A DNA stretch of 64,000 nt from Minisyncoccota bacterium (GCA_041671485.1 JBAZBL010000002.1:9320-73319), one strand, 5' to 3'. Shown: positions 7,127 through 17,512, counted from the first letter of the stretch. The notes: generated by a model from the letters alone, not told the origin. Made by a program: numbers and translations.

Positions 7127-8966
7127 ACTTTCTATCAGAAATCTCTCTCTGTAACTTCTCCAATATTTCCGCGGTTGGTAATTGTCCCACCTGCCCATTG
7201 TCCCTACTTTCCAACGTAACCTTGTTTGCCTCCACATCTTTGTCGCCAATAATTATAAAATAGGGGATTTTTGCTGTTTTCGCATTTCTGACTTTTTTGC
7301 CGAATCCATCATTTGAAATATCGAGTTCGGAGCGAATGAATGAGTCGTGTAATGATTCATGGACTTTTCTAGCAGTATCAAAATGAGTTTCTCCGATTGG
7401 TATGACTTTCACTTGAATAGGTGCAAGCCATAGAGGGAAGTTGCCACCATAATGTTCGATCAAAAATCCGATGAAGCGTTCATGTGTGCCGAGAGGAGCG
7501 CGGTGAATGCAGAGCGGAGTTTTCTTTGTGCCATCTTTATCGGTATATTCAAGATCAAATCTTTTTGGTACAGCAAAGTCAACTTGATTGGTTGCTAGGG
7601 TAAATTCTTTGCCAATAGCAGACCATACTTGTACATCTATCTTTGGTCCATAGAATGCGGCTTCATTGGCTACTTCTACGAAAGGTATTTTGGAATCAAC
7701 TAGTACTTTGCGTACCATATCTTCTGTTTTCTTCCATAATTCTGGCTCATCTACAAACTTTTTGCCAAGCTTCTTTGGATCGTGTGTAGAGAAACGCATT
7801 ATGTATTTGTCTATGCCAAATATCTTGAAATATTTTATATACATATCATTTACAGCCTGGAATTCACTGGCAAACTGTTCTTCTGTGCAATAGATATGTG
7901 CATCATTCATAGAAAGCATACGGACACGCATAAGGCCAAATAGTTCACCAGACTTTTCGTGGCGATAATTTGTGCCATATTCGGCTAAGCGCAAAGGTAG
8001 ATCGCGATAGCTTCTCATTCTAGAAGCAAAGATTTTGTGATGATGTGGACAATTCATGGCCTTGAGATAGTATTTGCCACCTTCATACTCCATAGGAGGG
8101 AACATAGATTCTTCATAATATGGCAAATGACCACTCTTCAGATACATAGAATCTTTGGCTATATGAGGAGTCCTAACCCTCTTATAATTCATCATGAATT
8201 CTGTTTCCTTTGCAAGTTTTTCCAATTCCTCTATCATAGCTGCGCCATTGGGTAACCATAGTGGAAGTCCTGGTCCAACATCATCATCAAATTCAAATAT
8301 ATCCATCTCTTTACCTATCTTGCGATGGTCTCTCTTTTCCGCTTCTTTCATCATGGTCTCATATTCAGATAGCTCTTTTTTATTTTCAAAAGCAAGTCCA
8401 TATATGCGAGTAAGCATTTTGTTTTTCTCATCACCACGCCAATATGCACCAGCTATGCGAGAAAGTTTCCACGAATCGGGCTTTATTTCTTTTGCAGGAT
8501 TTTCGACATGACCACCGCGACAGAGGTCGGTGAATGAAACCGCAACCTCCTCGGCGCGACGAAATGCCTTCGTTGGCTTCGCCAAGTCGCCATTTGTCGC
8601 CGCCTCAACGGTTGCGGTTTCGCTTTTATTTCCAACAGTGTAAAAAGTAATTATTTCTCCCGACTTTTCCAAGTCTTCTATCAATTCTAGTTTATAAGTA
8701 TTATCCTTGAATGAATCTTTAGCCTCCTCTGGACTCACTTCTTTATGCGAAAATGCTTGCCACTTTGGCAAAAGCTCTTTCATCTTTTTCTCTATCTTCG
8801 GCAAATCTTCATCAGTAATTTTCAAATCATCAAAGTCGTAATAAAAACCATTATCAATAGCAGGACCAATAGTGTTTTTTGCTTCTGGATATAGCTCCAA
8901 AACTGCTGCCGCTAGTAGGTGCGCGAGAGTATGTCTTTTCTTTGATAATTCTTCTGAAGGATTCAT
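7125..8966 (-). CDS. thrS: Threonine--tRNA ligase (with in-frame palindromic insertion)
   Basis: RHTLAH, DLCRGGHV, AGAYWRGD, KAMNCPHH, EAAFYGPKID, IHRAPLGTHERF. Confidence 0.97.
   Translation of the reverse strand: MNPSEELSKKRHTLAHLLAAAVLELYPEAKNTIGPAIDNGFYYDFDDLKITDEDLPKIEKKMKELLPKWQAFSHKEVSPEEAKDSFKDNTYKLELIEDLEKSGEIITFYTVGNKSETATVEAATNGDLAKPTKAFRRAEEVAVSFTDLCRGGHVENPAKEIKPDSWKLSRIAGAYWRGDEKNKMLTRIYGLAFENKKELSEYETMMKEAEKRDHRKIGKEMDIFEFDDDVGPGLPLWLPNGAAMIEELEKLAKETEFMMNYKRVRTPHIAKDSMYLKSGHLPYYEESMFPPMEYEGGKYYLKAMNCPHHHKIFASRMRSYRDLPLRLAEYGTNYRHEKSGELFGLMRVRMLSMNDAHIYCTEEQFASEFQAVNDMYIKYFKIFGIDKYIMRFSTHDPKKLGKKFVDEPELWKKTEDMVRKVLVDSKIPFVEVANEAAFYGPKIDVQVWSAIGKEFTLATNQVDFAVPKRFDLEYTDKDGTKKTPLCIHRAPLGTHERFIGFLIEHYGGNFPLWLAPIQVKVIPIGETHFDTARKVHESLHDSFIRSELDISNDGFGKKVRNAKTAKIPYFIIIGDKDVEANKVTLESRDNGQVGQLPTAEILEKLQREISDRK
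8536..8621. repeat. GC-rich palindromic element inserted in frame in thrS
   Basis: GAAACCGCAACC (8536-8547) / GGTTGCGGTTTC (8610-8621) with nested stems; encodes extra peptide ETATVEAATNGDLAKPTKAFRRAEEVAVS before FTDLC. Confidence 0.8.
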
Positions 8967-9011
8967 GAGTAAAATATAACATTTTATTGTTTTCCTTGCT
9001 ATATAGTCCTT

Positions 9012-9032
9012 TACCGAAATCGGATCTCGGTA
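9012..9032. repeat. Short REP-like palindrome (family ACsGAGrTCnGAyCTCsGT)
   Basis: TACCGAAATCGGATCTCGGTA; relatives at 30922, 32895, 41517, 43826, 50104, 50293, 50977. Confidence 0.65.
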
Positions 9033-9096
9033 GTGATTATCTGGTATAATAAATATACAGTCTTGAAAATAGGAATTAATAAATAATTATAATAAT

Positions 9097-9492
9097 ATGA
9101 ATAAAGAGCCACATATATCGAATATCGAGAAATTAACAGTAGAAAATGACTATTTCCGCCAAGTGATCTATACAGCTCCGCATAGCCAACTTGTCTTAAT
9201 GTCTCTTTTGCCCGGTGAAGAGATAGGATCTGAAACACATCTGAAAGTCGATCAATTCTTCCGTTTCGAGAAAGGGGAGGGTAAAGCTATAGTAAATGGT
9301 GTCGAATACAAAGTCGAAGATGGTATAGCGCTTCTGGTTCCTGCAGGATCCGAGCACAATATCATAAATACTGGTAATGAAGCACTCAAATTGTATACAG
9401 TGTATTCTCCAGCAAATCACATAGATGGACGCATCCACAAGACCAAAGATGAAGCTTTACAGGATATTGAAGATGAAAAGTTTGGGGAGTAA
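9097..9492 (+). CDS. Cupin domain protein
   Basis: QLVLMSLLPGEEIGSETH...DQFFRFEKG...VPAGSEHNIINTG. Confidence 0.9.
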   Translation: MNKEPHISNIEKLTVENDYFRQVIYTAPHSQLVLMSLLPGEEIGSETHLKVDQFFRFEKGEGKAIVNGVEYKVEDGIALLVPAGSEHNIINTGNEALKLYTVYSPANHIDGRIHKTKDEALQDIEDEKFGE

Positions 9493-9567
9493 ATCTTGAT
9501 ATTAAAAGACTCCAGTACATGTGGTACTGGAGGTAATCTGACATGTAGTTAGTAGAGGATGTGCTCT

Positions 9568-10242
9568 CTAGATCACTCCACTGACGATCTCTTTGATCCC
9601 AGATAGGAGGTCATATTGACCTACAAATTCATGGAACGATCCAGGTCTCTGATTTGCAAAGCTGATTGCAGCTTTCATTGCTTCTGGGTAGCGTCGAGCA
9701 GGTTTGGTCTGGCAATTCGGCTGTTGGTCTTTGGACTTGTTTCTCGTATCAGATGATAGCCTTTCCTGCATGCTTTCCCAGAACATGTGTTCTGCTTCTT
9801 CTGCCACGTATAGGAGACGCACATTCACAAACTCCTTCAGGAACATATGAACTTGGTCTTTGTGTAGTGGCAATCCAAAAGCGATGATATGATTGTAATC
9901 ACCAACATCTTTCCTTGTAACATGGCGAACAAACTTGACAAAAGCAGTTGCAACCAACCTGACAGGCAATGTATCGCTACTTCTGTGATGATCTGAGATT
10001 TTCAAGATCTTAACCCCCGTTGGTGTTTCCGCATGAAGATTCCATGATACAGCATGCCCCAAACTGGTGATAAGAGTGCCGTTGCGATCAAAATCATTCT
10101 GGACTGATTCCACCATTGATTTGATCAGAAAGCCACTTTCTGAATTGTTTGTTGATGCCGTTATGAATGTTACTGGAATCGTCAACTTTCCTGTCTGTTT
10201 TGCTTGCTCCGAATGTCTCTTTTGCAACATAATGTGCTCCAA
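9568..10242 (-). CDS. Degenerate adenylate-kinase-like protein
   Basis: ETPTGVKI, SDTLPVRLV and IIAFGLPLHKDQ align by eye to ADK TELG, GELVPD and ILDGFPRT.EQ; P-loop eroded. Confidence 0.5.
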   Translation of the reverse strand: MEHIMLQKRHSEQAKQTGKLTIPVTFITASTNNSESGFLIKSMVESVQNDFDRNGTLITSLGHAVSWNLHAETPTGVKILKISDHHRSSDTLPVRLVATAFVKFVRHVTRKDVGDYNHIIAFGLPLHKDQVHMFLKEFVNVRLLYVAEEAEHMFWESMQERLSSDTRNKSKDQQPNCQTKPARRYPEAMKAAISFANQRPGSFHEFVGQYDLLSGIKEIVSGVI

Positions 10243-10392
10243 TCTGTTTTTTTGTCGAGATTCCTCCTAATCCATTATTTAGAAAGAACCATTACTAGTC
10301 AAAGACGATATCATACTTTTTGAATATTAGCAAGCGAAAACTATAAGGATTAATATTGATGAGCTCAAGGTAATTCTTCGATTATTTTAGAT

Positions 10393-10591
10393 TTTAAGAA
10401 AACAATATGTTATTTCATGTCCGAGGACTGTCTGAACGAGTATAAATTTCTTGGTAAAATGCGTAGGTTGTGGGAATTGCTACGAAACTGAGGCATGTAA
10501 TGCCGAAGTATCGAGCAATTCAATAGCATTTTACCTAGAAATTTACCGAGTGAGTTCCGCAGGACATGAAATAACATATTGTTTTCTTAAA
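10393..10591. repeat. ~200-bp long-hairpin (MITE/REP-like) element
   Basis: 30-bp perfect inverted repeat 10393-10422 / 10562-10591 with nested internal stems. Confidence 0.85.
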
Positions 10592-10681
10592 GCATAGATT
10601 TTATCATTTCTTCAGCGAAATTTTATCAAAATTTTAGGAGAATTTTATCAGGATTTTATCTCTCTCTGATACGATGCTCGT

Positions 10682-11818
10682 ATGATTACGATAAAAGACT
10701 TGTCACTACAGAAGATAACATCTTTTCCAATGATGCCAGGAACAGCGTTTGAAGCTATAGATGATATTCTATGGTATGCAACTTCTATGAAAGCATCAGA
10801 TATCCATATAGATCCACGCATTTCTGACATACTAATAAGATTGCGAATAGATGGTCATATAGAAGAAGTAGGAATTTGGGAAAAAAGATTGCATGAAGAA
10901 ATTATTGCCAGATTGAAGATATTGGCTTGTGTAAGGACAGATCTTCATGCAGTACCACAAGACGGTAGATGGAAAGCATCAATTCGAAATGAAGAATTCA
11001 ATATACGAGTTTCATTTATGCTCACTTATCATGGTGAAAATGCTGTTATACGTCTACTACCAGCACGAGTGCCAAAACATATTTCTTTTTCCAAATTGGG
11101 ATTTACACCAGACCATGTAAGGATGATAGACCATGCTCTGAAGCGACCAAATGGCCTCATCCTTGCTACTGGTCCAACAGGTTGTGGCAAAACCACCACT
11201 CTCCATACTTGTCTATCATTCAAGGCCAGAGAACCACTATCTATCATCACTCTCGAAGATCCAGTCGAATATGAGATAGATGGTGTGAGACAAGTACATA
11301 TCAAACACAATCTAGGCATCACTTTTCCTATAGGACTTCGTGCTGCATTACGCCAAGATCCAGATGTCATCATGGTTGGAGAGATAAGAGACAATGAAAC
11401 TGCTAGAGTTGCAATCCATACAGCTCTCACTGGACATTTGGTATTTTCTACGCTTCATACAAATTCCGCACTCGAATCCATATTGCGTTTGGTTGATATG
11501 AATGTCGATAACTATCTTCTCGCTTCTACTTTGCGATTGGTCATTTCACAAAGATTGGTCAGAAATATCTGTCATGAATGTTCGCTAGCAGGATGTAGCA
11601 GTTGTAGAGGAACTGGATATGTAGGTAGATCTGTCATAGCCGAAGTGTGTGAGATTGATTCAGGATTGTCTCAATTGATTGCAAATAAAGAAGCACCGTC
11701 TGTGATTCGAGACTATGTGATATCAAAAGGATTTAGACCAATAAGTGAAGATGGAGCCGAAAAAGTCGAATGGGGAGTAACTACAAAAGAAGAGATTCTG
11801 CGCGTCTTGGCCGAATAA
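10682..11818 (+). CDS. Type IV pilus/T2SS assembly ATPase (PilB/GspE family)
   Basis: ASDIHIDP, PQDGR, GPTGCGKTTT, TLEDPVEY, LRQDPDVIMVGEIRD, TGHLVFSTLH. Confidence 0.95.
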   Translation: MITIKDLSLQKITSFPMMPGTAFEAIDDILWYATSMKASDIHIDPRISDILIRLRIDGHIEEVGIWEKRLHEEIIARLKILACVRTDLHAVPQDGRWKASIRNEEFNIRVSFMLTYHGENAVIRLLPARVPKHISFSKLGFTPDHVRMIDHALKRPNGLILATGPTGCGKTTTLHTCLSFKAREPLSIITLEDPVEYEIDGVRQVHIKHNLGITFPIGLRAALRQDPDVIMVGEIRDNETARVAIHTALTGHLVFSTLHTNSALESILRLVDMNVDNYLLASTLRLVISQRLVRNICHECSLAGCSSCRGTGYVGRSVIAEVCEIDSGLSQLIANKEAPSVIRDYVISKGFRPISEDGAEKVEWGVTTKEEILRVLAE

Positions 11819-11840
11819 TAAGATCAAACTGAATATCAAT

Positions 11841-12902
11841 GTGATAAAAAATATATTTCAAAAAAGAAAATGGAAAAGGCGCGAACTTATTTTATTTCTA
11901 GAAAGACTAGAATTGTATATTTCTTCTGGTTTACCACTCGACATGTGTCTCCAAATCTCAAGTGATGGTGTTACAAAGAGACAAAAGAAAATAGTTCTTG
12001 ATATTAGGTCTGCAGTTCTCTTGGGAAGTCAATTATCGAAAGCAATGGTTGTAAATATGAATTTATCAAATACAATTGCTGGTCTTATAAGGCACGGTGA
12101 GACTTCTGGTCAACTAGGAAAAGCGCTTGTTTATGCAAAAGAACTCTTGGAAAGGGAAGAAGATCTAATAAAAAAATGTATCTCTGCACTTATTTATCCT
12201 ACTGTGATAGGAATATTTGCAATAATCCTCACATTTGCACTTGTGAAAGGCGTTATGCCACAGATCATCCCTATGCTTCGTAGTCTGAATGTACAATTGC
12301 TACTCATTACTAGAATTATTATGTTCATATCAGAGAATCTAATGAAATATAGTATTCATTTGATAGTCTTTGGTATTTTATCGACAGTAGGCCTTTTGAT
12401 TTTATATAAAAAGGTTGAGACTTTTCGGAATAAATGTCAGTCTTTTATTTCAAGATTGCCTATTATAGGTCGTTTGATAAATCTGTATTATATATCTCTA
12501 TTTACCCAATCACTCGGTTCACTCATAGAATCTGGTACATCACTTACGATTGCTTATTCAAATACAGTCTCTTCTTTGTCTTTTGCTCCAATAAAGCTTT
12601 TATGTAAAAAACAAGAAGATAATGTAAAAAATGGTTATTCACTAGGTTTAGTTTTTGCAAAAATTCATAGATTGCCACCATATATTGCACCACTTATATC
12701 TGCAGGCGAAATGGCTGGTACTCTCGGTAATTCTCTCATCCGCACAGCAAAGATTGCTGATAGTGATCTAGAATACTCTCTCAAGAAGATTACCTCTCTC
12801 ATAGAGCCAGTAATGATGGCTGGTATGGGACTTGTAGTTGGAGCGATCGCACTTTCTATAGTTTTACCAATATATGATGTATCAAAAGTTCTACAACAGT
12901 GA
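11841..12902 (+). CDS. Type II secretion system F family platform protein (PilC/GspF)
   Basis: GETSGQL, ALIYP, AGEMAGTL, SLIEP, IVLPIY. Confidence 0.93.
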   Translation: MIKNIFQKRKWKRRELILFLERLELYISSGLPLDMCLQISSDGVTKRQKKIVLDIRSAVLLGSQLSKAMVVNMNLSNTIAGLIRHGETSGQLGKALVYAKELLEREEDLIKKCISALIYPTVIGIFAIILTFALVKGVMPQIIPMLRSLNVQLLLITRIIMFISENLMKYSIHLIVFGILSTVGLLILYKKVETFRNKCQSFISRLPIIGRLINLYYISLFTQSLGSLIESGTSLTIAYSNTVSSLSFAPIKLLCKKQEDNVKNGYSLGLVFAKIHRLPPYIAPLISAGEMAGTLGNSLIRTAKIADSDLEYSLKKITSLIEPVMMAGMGLVVGAIALSIVLPIYDVSKVLQQ

Positions 12903-14287
12903 TTACAAATATTTCCAAAAACAAAGGAATATTACTCATTGATATTATGATTGCTCTTTCTTTGTCACTTCTATTTATTGTTGCAATTACCGAATCGTCT
13001 CTTATTGGTCGAAAAGTTTTTGATGGAGCAAAAAATAGGAATGATCTATTGGATGCATTCTCAGGAATTGTTTCAACTACGACTATTGATATAGTTAGTT
13101 TTTCAAGACCTTTTGGTAATGATCGAATAGAGATCATTACAAAGATAAAGAGTTTCTATGATGAGGTTACATTTCATGAAGTAATTTCATCAAATTCTAC
13201 TATCAATGCGAGTACACCTATTTGTTCTCCATTTTTTGCAAATAAAAATGTTATTGGTAATTATCAATATATAAAAGAATTTGATTCGAATAATATTGCT
13301 GACGTAGATTCAATTGAAATAAAACAAATAACATTACCAATAGATCCACTCTTACTACTCACAGATATTGAAGTTAGGAATAATATAGCATATGTCTCAA
13401 CAGATTCTGCTAGAGCATCTGATCCTGATATATTGATATTTGATATCCATGAAGTACAAAATCCAATACTTCTTTCATCTGTAAACACTGGTCCTGGAAT
13501 AGCTTCGGTATCTATCTTTGGTAATAAAATATATGGATCGGCAAGTAGTCGCATTGGACAATTACACATTATCAAATTGAATAGTCCAAATGATATATCT
13601 CTTATCAATAAATTTCGTTTGCCTCTACCATATGCAACAGCAACGGCACCACTTGGTAGTTCTGTATTCTACGATAATAATTTTGTATATCTTGGCACAG
13701 ATAAATGGGATGGCAGTGAATTGTCTATTATAGATATTGACGATCCGATGAATCCAGAAGTAGTTGGCAATTTTGAAACTGGAAGTAAGATAAATGATAT
13801 ATTTGTCCACAATAATATTGCTTATATTGTTGCTTCAGATCAGAATCAACTCCGTACTATTCACGTATTCGATCATTCAAATCCTTTATTAATAAGTTCA
13901 TTTTCTCCTACAGGTTGGCAGAGGCAAGAAGGTAAAAGTATTTCTATATTTGAAGATGGTTTGTCACTCGGACGTACTCCTGGTGGTTTCAATATTATTC
14001 AGGATCATGAAATATTCCATTGGGCTAGCACTTCAAATGGAGTACTAAATAATATGACTTCAAAAGATATTTCTGGTGGTGTATATGGCATTGTTCTCGA
14101 TAAAAACAATATTTATTTTATTACTAGAACAATTGATAAAGAGTTGATAATAGGAAACAATGATCTATCTTCTCTAGAATATAAATATTATTCACTACCT
14201 ATAGCTCCAAAAACTATTACATGTGATAGTGATCGACTTTACATTCTCGCCAATTCGGCGCCAATCATATATGAAATCACTTTCTAA
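12899..14287 (+). CDS. Prepilin-type protein with LVIVD-like beta-propeller repeats
   Basis: NKGILLIDIMIAL N-terminus; repeats IFDIHEVQNPILLS and IIDIDDPMNPEVVG. Confidence 0.75.
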   Translation: MITNISKNKGILLIDIMIALSLSLLFIVAITESSLIGRKVFDGAKNRNDLLDAFSGIVSTTTIDIVSFSRPFGNDRIEIITKIKSFYDEVTFHEVISSNSTINASTPICSPFFANKNVIGNYQYIKEFDSNNIADVDSIEIKQITLPIDPLLLLTDIEVRNNIAYVSTDSARASDPDILIFDIHEVQNPILLSSVNTGPGIASVSIFGNKIYGSASSRIGQLHIIKLNSPNDISLINKFRLPLPYATATAPLGSSVFYDNNFVYLGTDKWDGSELSIIDIDDPMNPEVVGNFETGSKINDIFVHNNIAYIVASDQNQLRTIHVFDHSNPLLISSFSPTGWQRQEGKSISIFEDGLSLGRTPGGFNIIQDHEIFHWASTSNGVLNNMTSKDISGGVYGIVLDKNNIYFITRTIDKELIIGNNDLSSLEYKYYSLPIAPKTITCDSDRLYILANSAPIIYEITF

Positions 14288-14459
14288 ATACATAAAGACT
14301 CATTCATATTGCCAAAATAAAGGCATGACACTTATTGAAGTCATATTATATTCAATGCTTCTGTCTATGTTATTGGCCGGATTTATAAAATATGTCTATG
14401 ATATTCATTCAAATGAAATCAAACTCGATCTTGATATCAAAGATGCGCAGTTCAGATAA
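14271..14459 (+). CDS. Short minor pilin (prepilin N-terminal methylation motif)
   Basis: NKGMTLIEVILYSMLL; ATG at 14271. Confidence 0.75.
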   Translation: MKSLSKYIKTHSYCQNKGMTLIEVILYSMLLSMLLAGFIKYVYDIHSNEIKLDLDIKDAQFR

Positions 14460-14462
14460 AAT

Positions 14463-14816
14463 ATGAAAGAGAATCCAAATAAATACAGTCAAGGTTTTAT
14501 AGCACTTATTGCTGTTATTCTACTTGCATTTGGGACAACTGCATTTTCTCTCGCAACACTTTCATCTGCTTTCTCTTATGCTGATACTGTAGCAAAAATG
14601 GAAATTCGTATTCAGGCACGTCTCAATCTGAACGCCTGTTTGGATACTTTGACCCTCATGATTTCTAGAGACTATTTCCTGAATGGTAATGTGACAATCC
14701 GAGAATTTGCCTGCGAAGCAAAAATATCAAATGATTTTGTAAATCCAATCCTACTAGAAGTGAAAACGATGCTGAATGAGGTTTCTGTTTATGATAGTCG
14801 TATTATTTACAGATAA
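14463..14816 (+). CDS. PilX-like minor pilin
   Basis: SQGFIALIAVILL N-terminus, located in the pil operon. Confidence 0.7.
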   Translation: MKENPNKYSQGFIALIAVILLAFGTTAFSLATLSSAFSYADTVAKMEIRIQARLNLNACLDTLTLMISRDYFLNGNVTIREFACEAKISNDFVNPILLEVKTMLNEVSVYDSRIIYR

Positions 14817-14879
14817 GAAAAATCTCATTGACATTCTTTTTCAAAAGACTATCCTTAGAGGTCAGAAGGAGATAGAACA

Positions 14880-15212
14880 ATGAATGAAAAAAATCAATGC
14901 ACATGGTTTATTGACCCCATGGGTGATACCCATGTGAATCGGGTACTTGCGGGTAACTCGGATCCAGAAGATGAATGCTTTGGCCAGCTCTGTTCTGATG
15001 GATTGAAACGAAATCTATGGCGTTGTAGTCATGACCTGATCACACGCCTCAACAGAGCAGCAACAGAGAACAAAATGCATTTTCGGATCTATCGGAAACG
15101 TGGTAACAATGGTGAGATCGAACCGTGGAGATTTGAGACACTTCCACATCCAGTGGTGCCGAGAAGGAATGAATCAATCTTCACACTGATTCTTACCAGC
15201 CAACCAATATGA
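14880..15212 (+). CDS. Hypothetical protein
   Basis: 110-aa ORF, AGGAG SD, TTGACA promoter at 14828, hairpin terminator ~15221-15268. Confidence 0.7.
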   Translation: MNEKNQCTWFIDPMGDTHVNRVLAGNSDPEDECFGQLCSDGLKRNLWRCSHDLITRLNRAATENKMHFRIYRKRGNNGEIEPWRFETLPHPVVPRRNESIFTLILTSQPI

Positions 15213-15284
15213 TCCATACAAAGCCGTACATCTAGACCTCCTTCGGGAGATCCGGATGTACGGTTTTTTAAAGATATTTATAAT

Positions 15285-15503
15285 TTATTTTTCAGAAAAC
15301 TTATTACGAGATATTTTCGATTGTTTCACAATTGCGAGAAATGTCCCTATTGGAATCACTTTGTTACTACCATGACAAGGAACTGGTACAGATACTCCGG
15401 TTTCTTCATTATAAAAAATATGGTGACTGCCTTTCTGACGAGATAGAACGAATCCATTCATTTCAAGAATGGTGATAATTCGCTTAGCAGTTAGCGGTCG
15501 CAT
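15285..15503 (-). CDS. hicA: HicA-family toxin
   Basis: LEMNGFVLSRQKGSHHIF...VPVPCH...IPIGTFLAI. Confidence 0.9.
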   Translation of the reverse strand: MRPLTAKRIITILEMNGFVLSRQKGSHHIFYNEETGVSVPVPCHGSNKVIPIGTFLAIVKQSKISRNKFSEK

Positions 15504-15744
15504 ATGAAGTTTTTGTCCGGCGGGGTATAGGAGATAAATTTCTCCCAATTACATATTCAATAGACACAGACATTATTTTTTGTCCGTGTTCCGTAAGTTC
15601 TTCAATCCATAACTGAAGAACCTCCTTGGCTTTTCTTTTTGCCTCTGCGAAAGTTCTGCCGAAAGTGACGCAACCTGGAAAGTCAGGAAAAGAGACTTCG
15701 TAACAACCTTTTTTATACGGTTTGAAAATGGCATTATAAGTCAT
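15484..15744 (-). CDS. hicB: HicB-family antitoxin
   Basis: YEVSFPDFPGCVTFGRTFAEAKRKAKEVL; overlaps hicA. Confidence 0.9.
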   Translation of the reverse strand: MTYNAIFKPYKKGCYEVSFPDFPGCVTFGRTFAEAKRKAKEVLQLWIEELTEHGQKIMSVSIEYVIGRNLSPIPRRTKTSYATANC

Positions 15745-15803
15745 AGTTGTTTTTGGTCCAATTAATTTCATAGATTAATTCTACCTTGGATATTTCAAAA
15801 AAG

Positions 15804-15953
15804 TCAAGGTTCTGATACATATCCAAGAAAATAATAAGCTTCAACAATATGGTACTTGTCTTTGAGGTATATGCGCATTTTTTTCAGATCTACTTTCCAG
15901 TTATCTTGAGTGGTCCCAAGATGCAGATCTTGACCATTTATAAATACAATGTC
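15804..15953 (-). pseudogene. NYN-domain (LabA/DUF88) N-terminal remnant
   Basis: Manual translation DIVFINGQDLHLGTTQDNWKVDLKKMRIYLKDKYHIVEAYYFLGYVSEP*; no nearby start; IDGxN catalytic motif altered; truncated next to hicB. Confidence 0.65.
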
Positions 15954-16034
15954 TGATACTTTTACTTTATCAATAAGAACATTATTGCATGAGAACCAAG
16001 AGCGGGATTGCTAACCAATCAGTCCTAGTTATTT

Positions 16035-16727
16035 CTATGACAAAAACGGATTGTAGCTGATACTTCGATCATACACATCAATACCCTCCGCTTTTTTGAG
16101 TCTATTCACAATCACATATGTAACCGGTGTAAGAATTACCTCATAGACAACTTTTGCAATGTAACCTGATAAGATAAGTATTAGGAGACTTGAGAAAGGT
16201 ATAGTTCCGGCAAATGCAATAATGCCAAAAATAAGGCTATCTACTCCTTCACCCACAATTGTTGATCCAATAGTCCTCATCCATAGATGTTTACCATTGC
16301 TCCAAATCTTCATTCTTGAAAGGACATAGGAGTTACTAAATTCTCCTACAAAATAGGCGATGATTGATCCGAATACAATTCTTGGCACTGTTCCCAAAAT
16401 CATTTCATATGCAGTCTGATTTTGCCAAAACGCTGGAGCTGGAAGTGCTTGAACTAGCCAATAACAAAGAGCCATGAAAACTAGTGCAACAAATCCTGAC
16501 CAGATTATTTTTCGAGAAGCCTTATATCCGTAGACCTCGGTTAAAATATCACCGAAAATATAACTAATCGGAAAGATAAATATTGCACCAGCAAACACAA
16601 ACGGTCCTATCTGCACAAGTTTTACAGCAACAGTATTTGAAATCATAAGAACGACGACAAACAAAATTGCTATGTAAATAAAGTACTTGCTATTGCGAGA
16701 AATGTCTGTATGTGGTTCCGTTTTCAT
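16035..16727 (-). CDS. Queuosine precursor transporter (YhhQ/DUF165 family)
   Basis: SNTVAVK, FPISYIFGDILTEVYGYK, LWMRTIGSTIVGEGVDS, YNPF. Confidence 0.92.
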   Translation of the reverse strand: MKTEPHTDISRNSKYFIYIAILFVVVLMISNTVAVKLVQIGPFVFAGAIFIFPISYIFGDILTEVYGYKASRKIIWSGFVALVFMALCYWLVQALPAPAFWQNQTAYEMILGTVPRIVFGSIIAYFVGEFSNSYVLSRMKIWSNGKHLWMRTIGSTIVGEGVDSLIFGIIAFAGTIPFSSLLILILSGYIAKVVYEVILTPVTYVIVNRLKKAEGIDVYDRSISYNPFLS

Positions 16728-16790
16728 ATTTTTTGTATAATTTTGTATAATGACTATATGGTACAATAAGATTAGCCTTTTTACAAAATA

Positions 16791-17507
16791 ATGACTTTAA
16801 ACAATTATGATAAATTGGCGGCGACTTACAAAAAATCAGATATCAAGCCTGATAAGCAATTTTCTATTCTCCCCACAGTATTAGGCATAATCGGCTACCC
16901 ATGCGGTAAAGTCATTTTAGATCTTGGTTGTGGTGATGGATTTTTCACTCATGCACTAGCTTCTCTCGGAGCAAGGCATGTTATAGGGATTGATAATTCA
17001 AAAGAACAAATAAGGCTGGCAAATGCTAACCCTAGCGAACATGTCACCTTTCAATACGGAGATATATTCAAAGACATGTTATCACCAGCTGATATTATCC
17101 TTTCACCGTTTGTGGTTAATTATGCCAATTCTGTACAGGATATCGAATTTCTGTTCGGAAATATCATGCGCGTTTTGTCTGAAAGAGGAAAGGTAATACT
17201 AGTTGTCGATTTACCAAAAGGCGAAAATCTGAAAAAATTCGGAAGCGTAAAAATACTACAAGGACCACCAATAGATGGTACAAAAATCAAGATCGATTTA
17301 TATAATTCCGATGAATTGATTTGTACTCTCTTCTCACATTACTTTACACCAGCTACTTTAGAAAACGCCCTGAAAAAAGTTGGATTCAAAAATATTATTT
17401 GGCATAAGACAATCATTTCGGAAGAAGGTATAGAAAAATTTGGAATAGAATTCTGGAAAGACTACTGTGATAATTCTGAACTTGGATATGTAAGTGCTGA
17501 GAACTAG
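16791..17507 (+). CDS. Class I SAM-dependent methyltransferase
   Basis: ILDLGCGDG, GIDNS. Confidence 0.88.
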   Translation: MTLNNYDKLAATYKKSDIKPDKQFSILPTVLGIIGYPCGKVILDLGCGDGFFTHALASLGARHVIGIDNSKEQIRLANANPSEHVTFQYGDIFKDMLSPADIILSPFVVNYANSVQDIEFLFGNIMRVLSERGKVILVVDLPKGENLKKFGSVKILQGPPIDGTKIKIDLYNSDELICTLFSHYFTPATLENALKKVGFKNIIWHKTIISEEGIEKFGIEFWKDYCDNSELGYVSAEN

Positions 17508-17512
17508 TTTTC

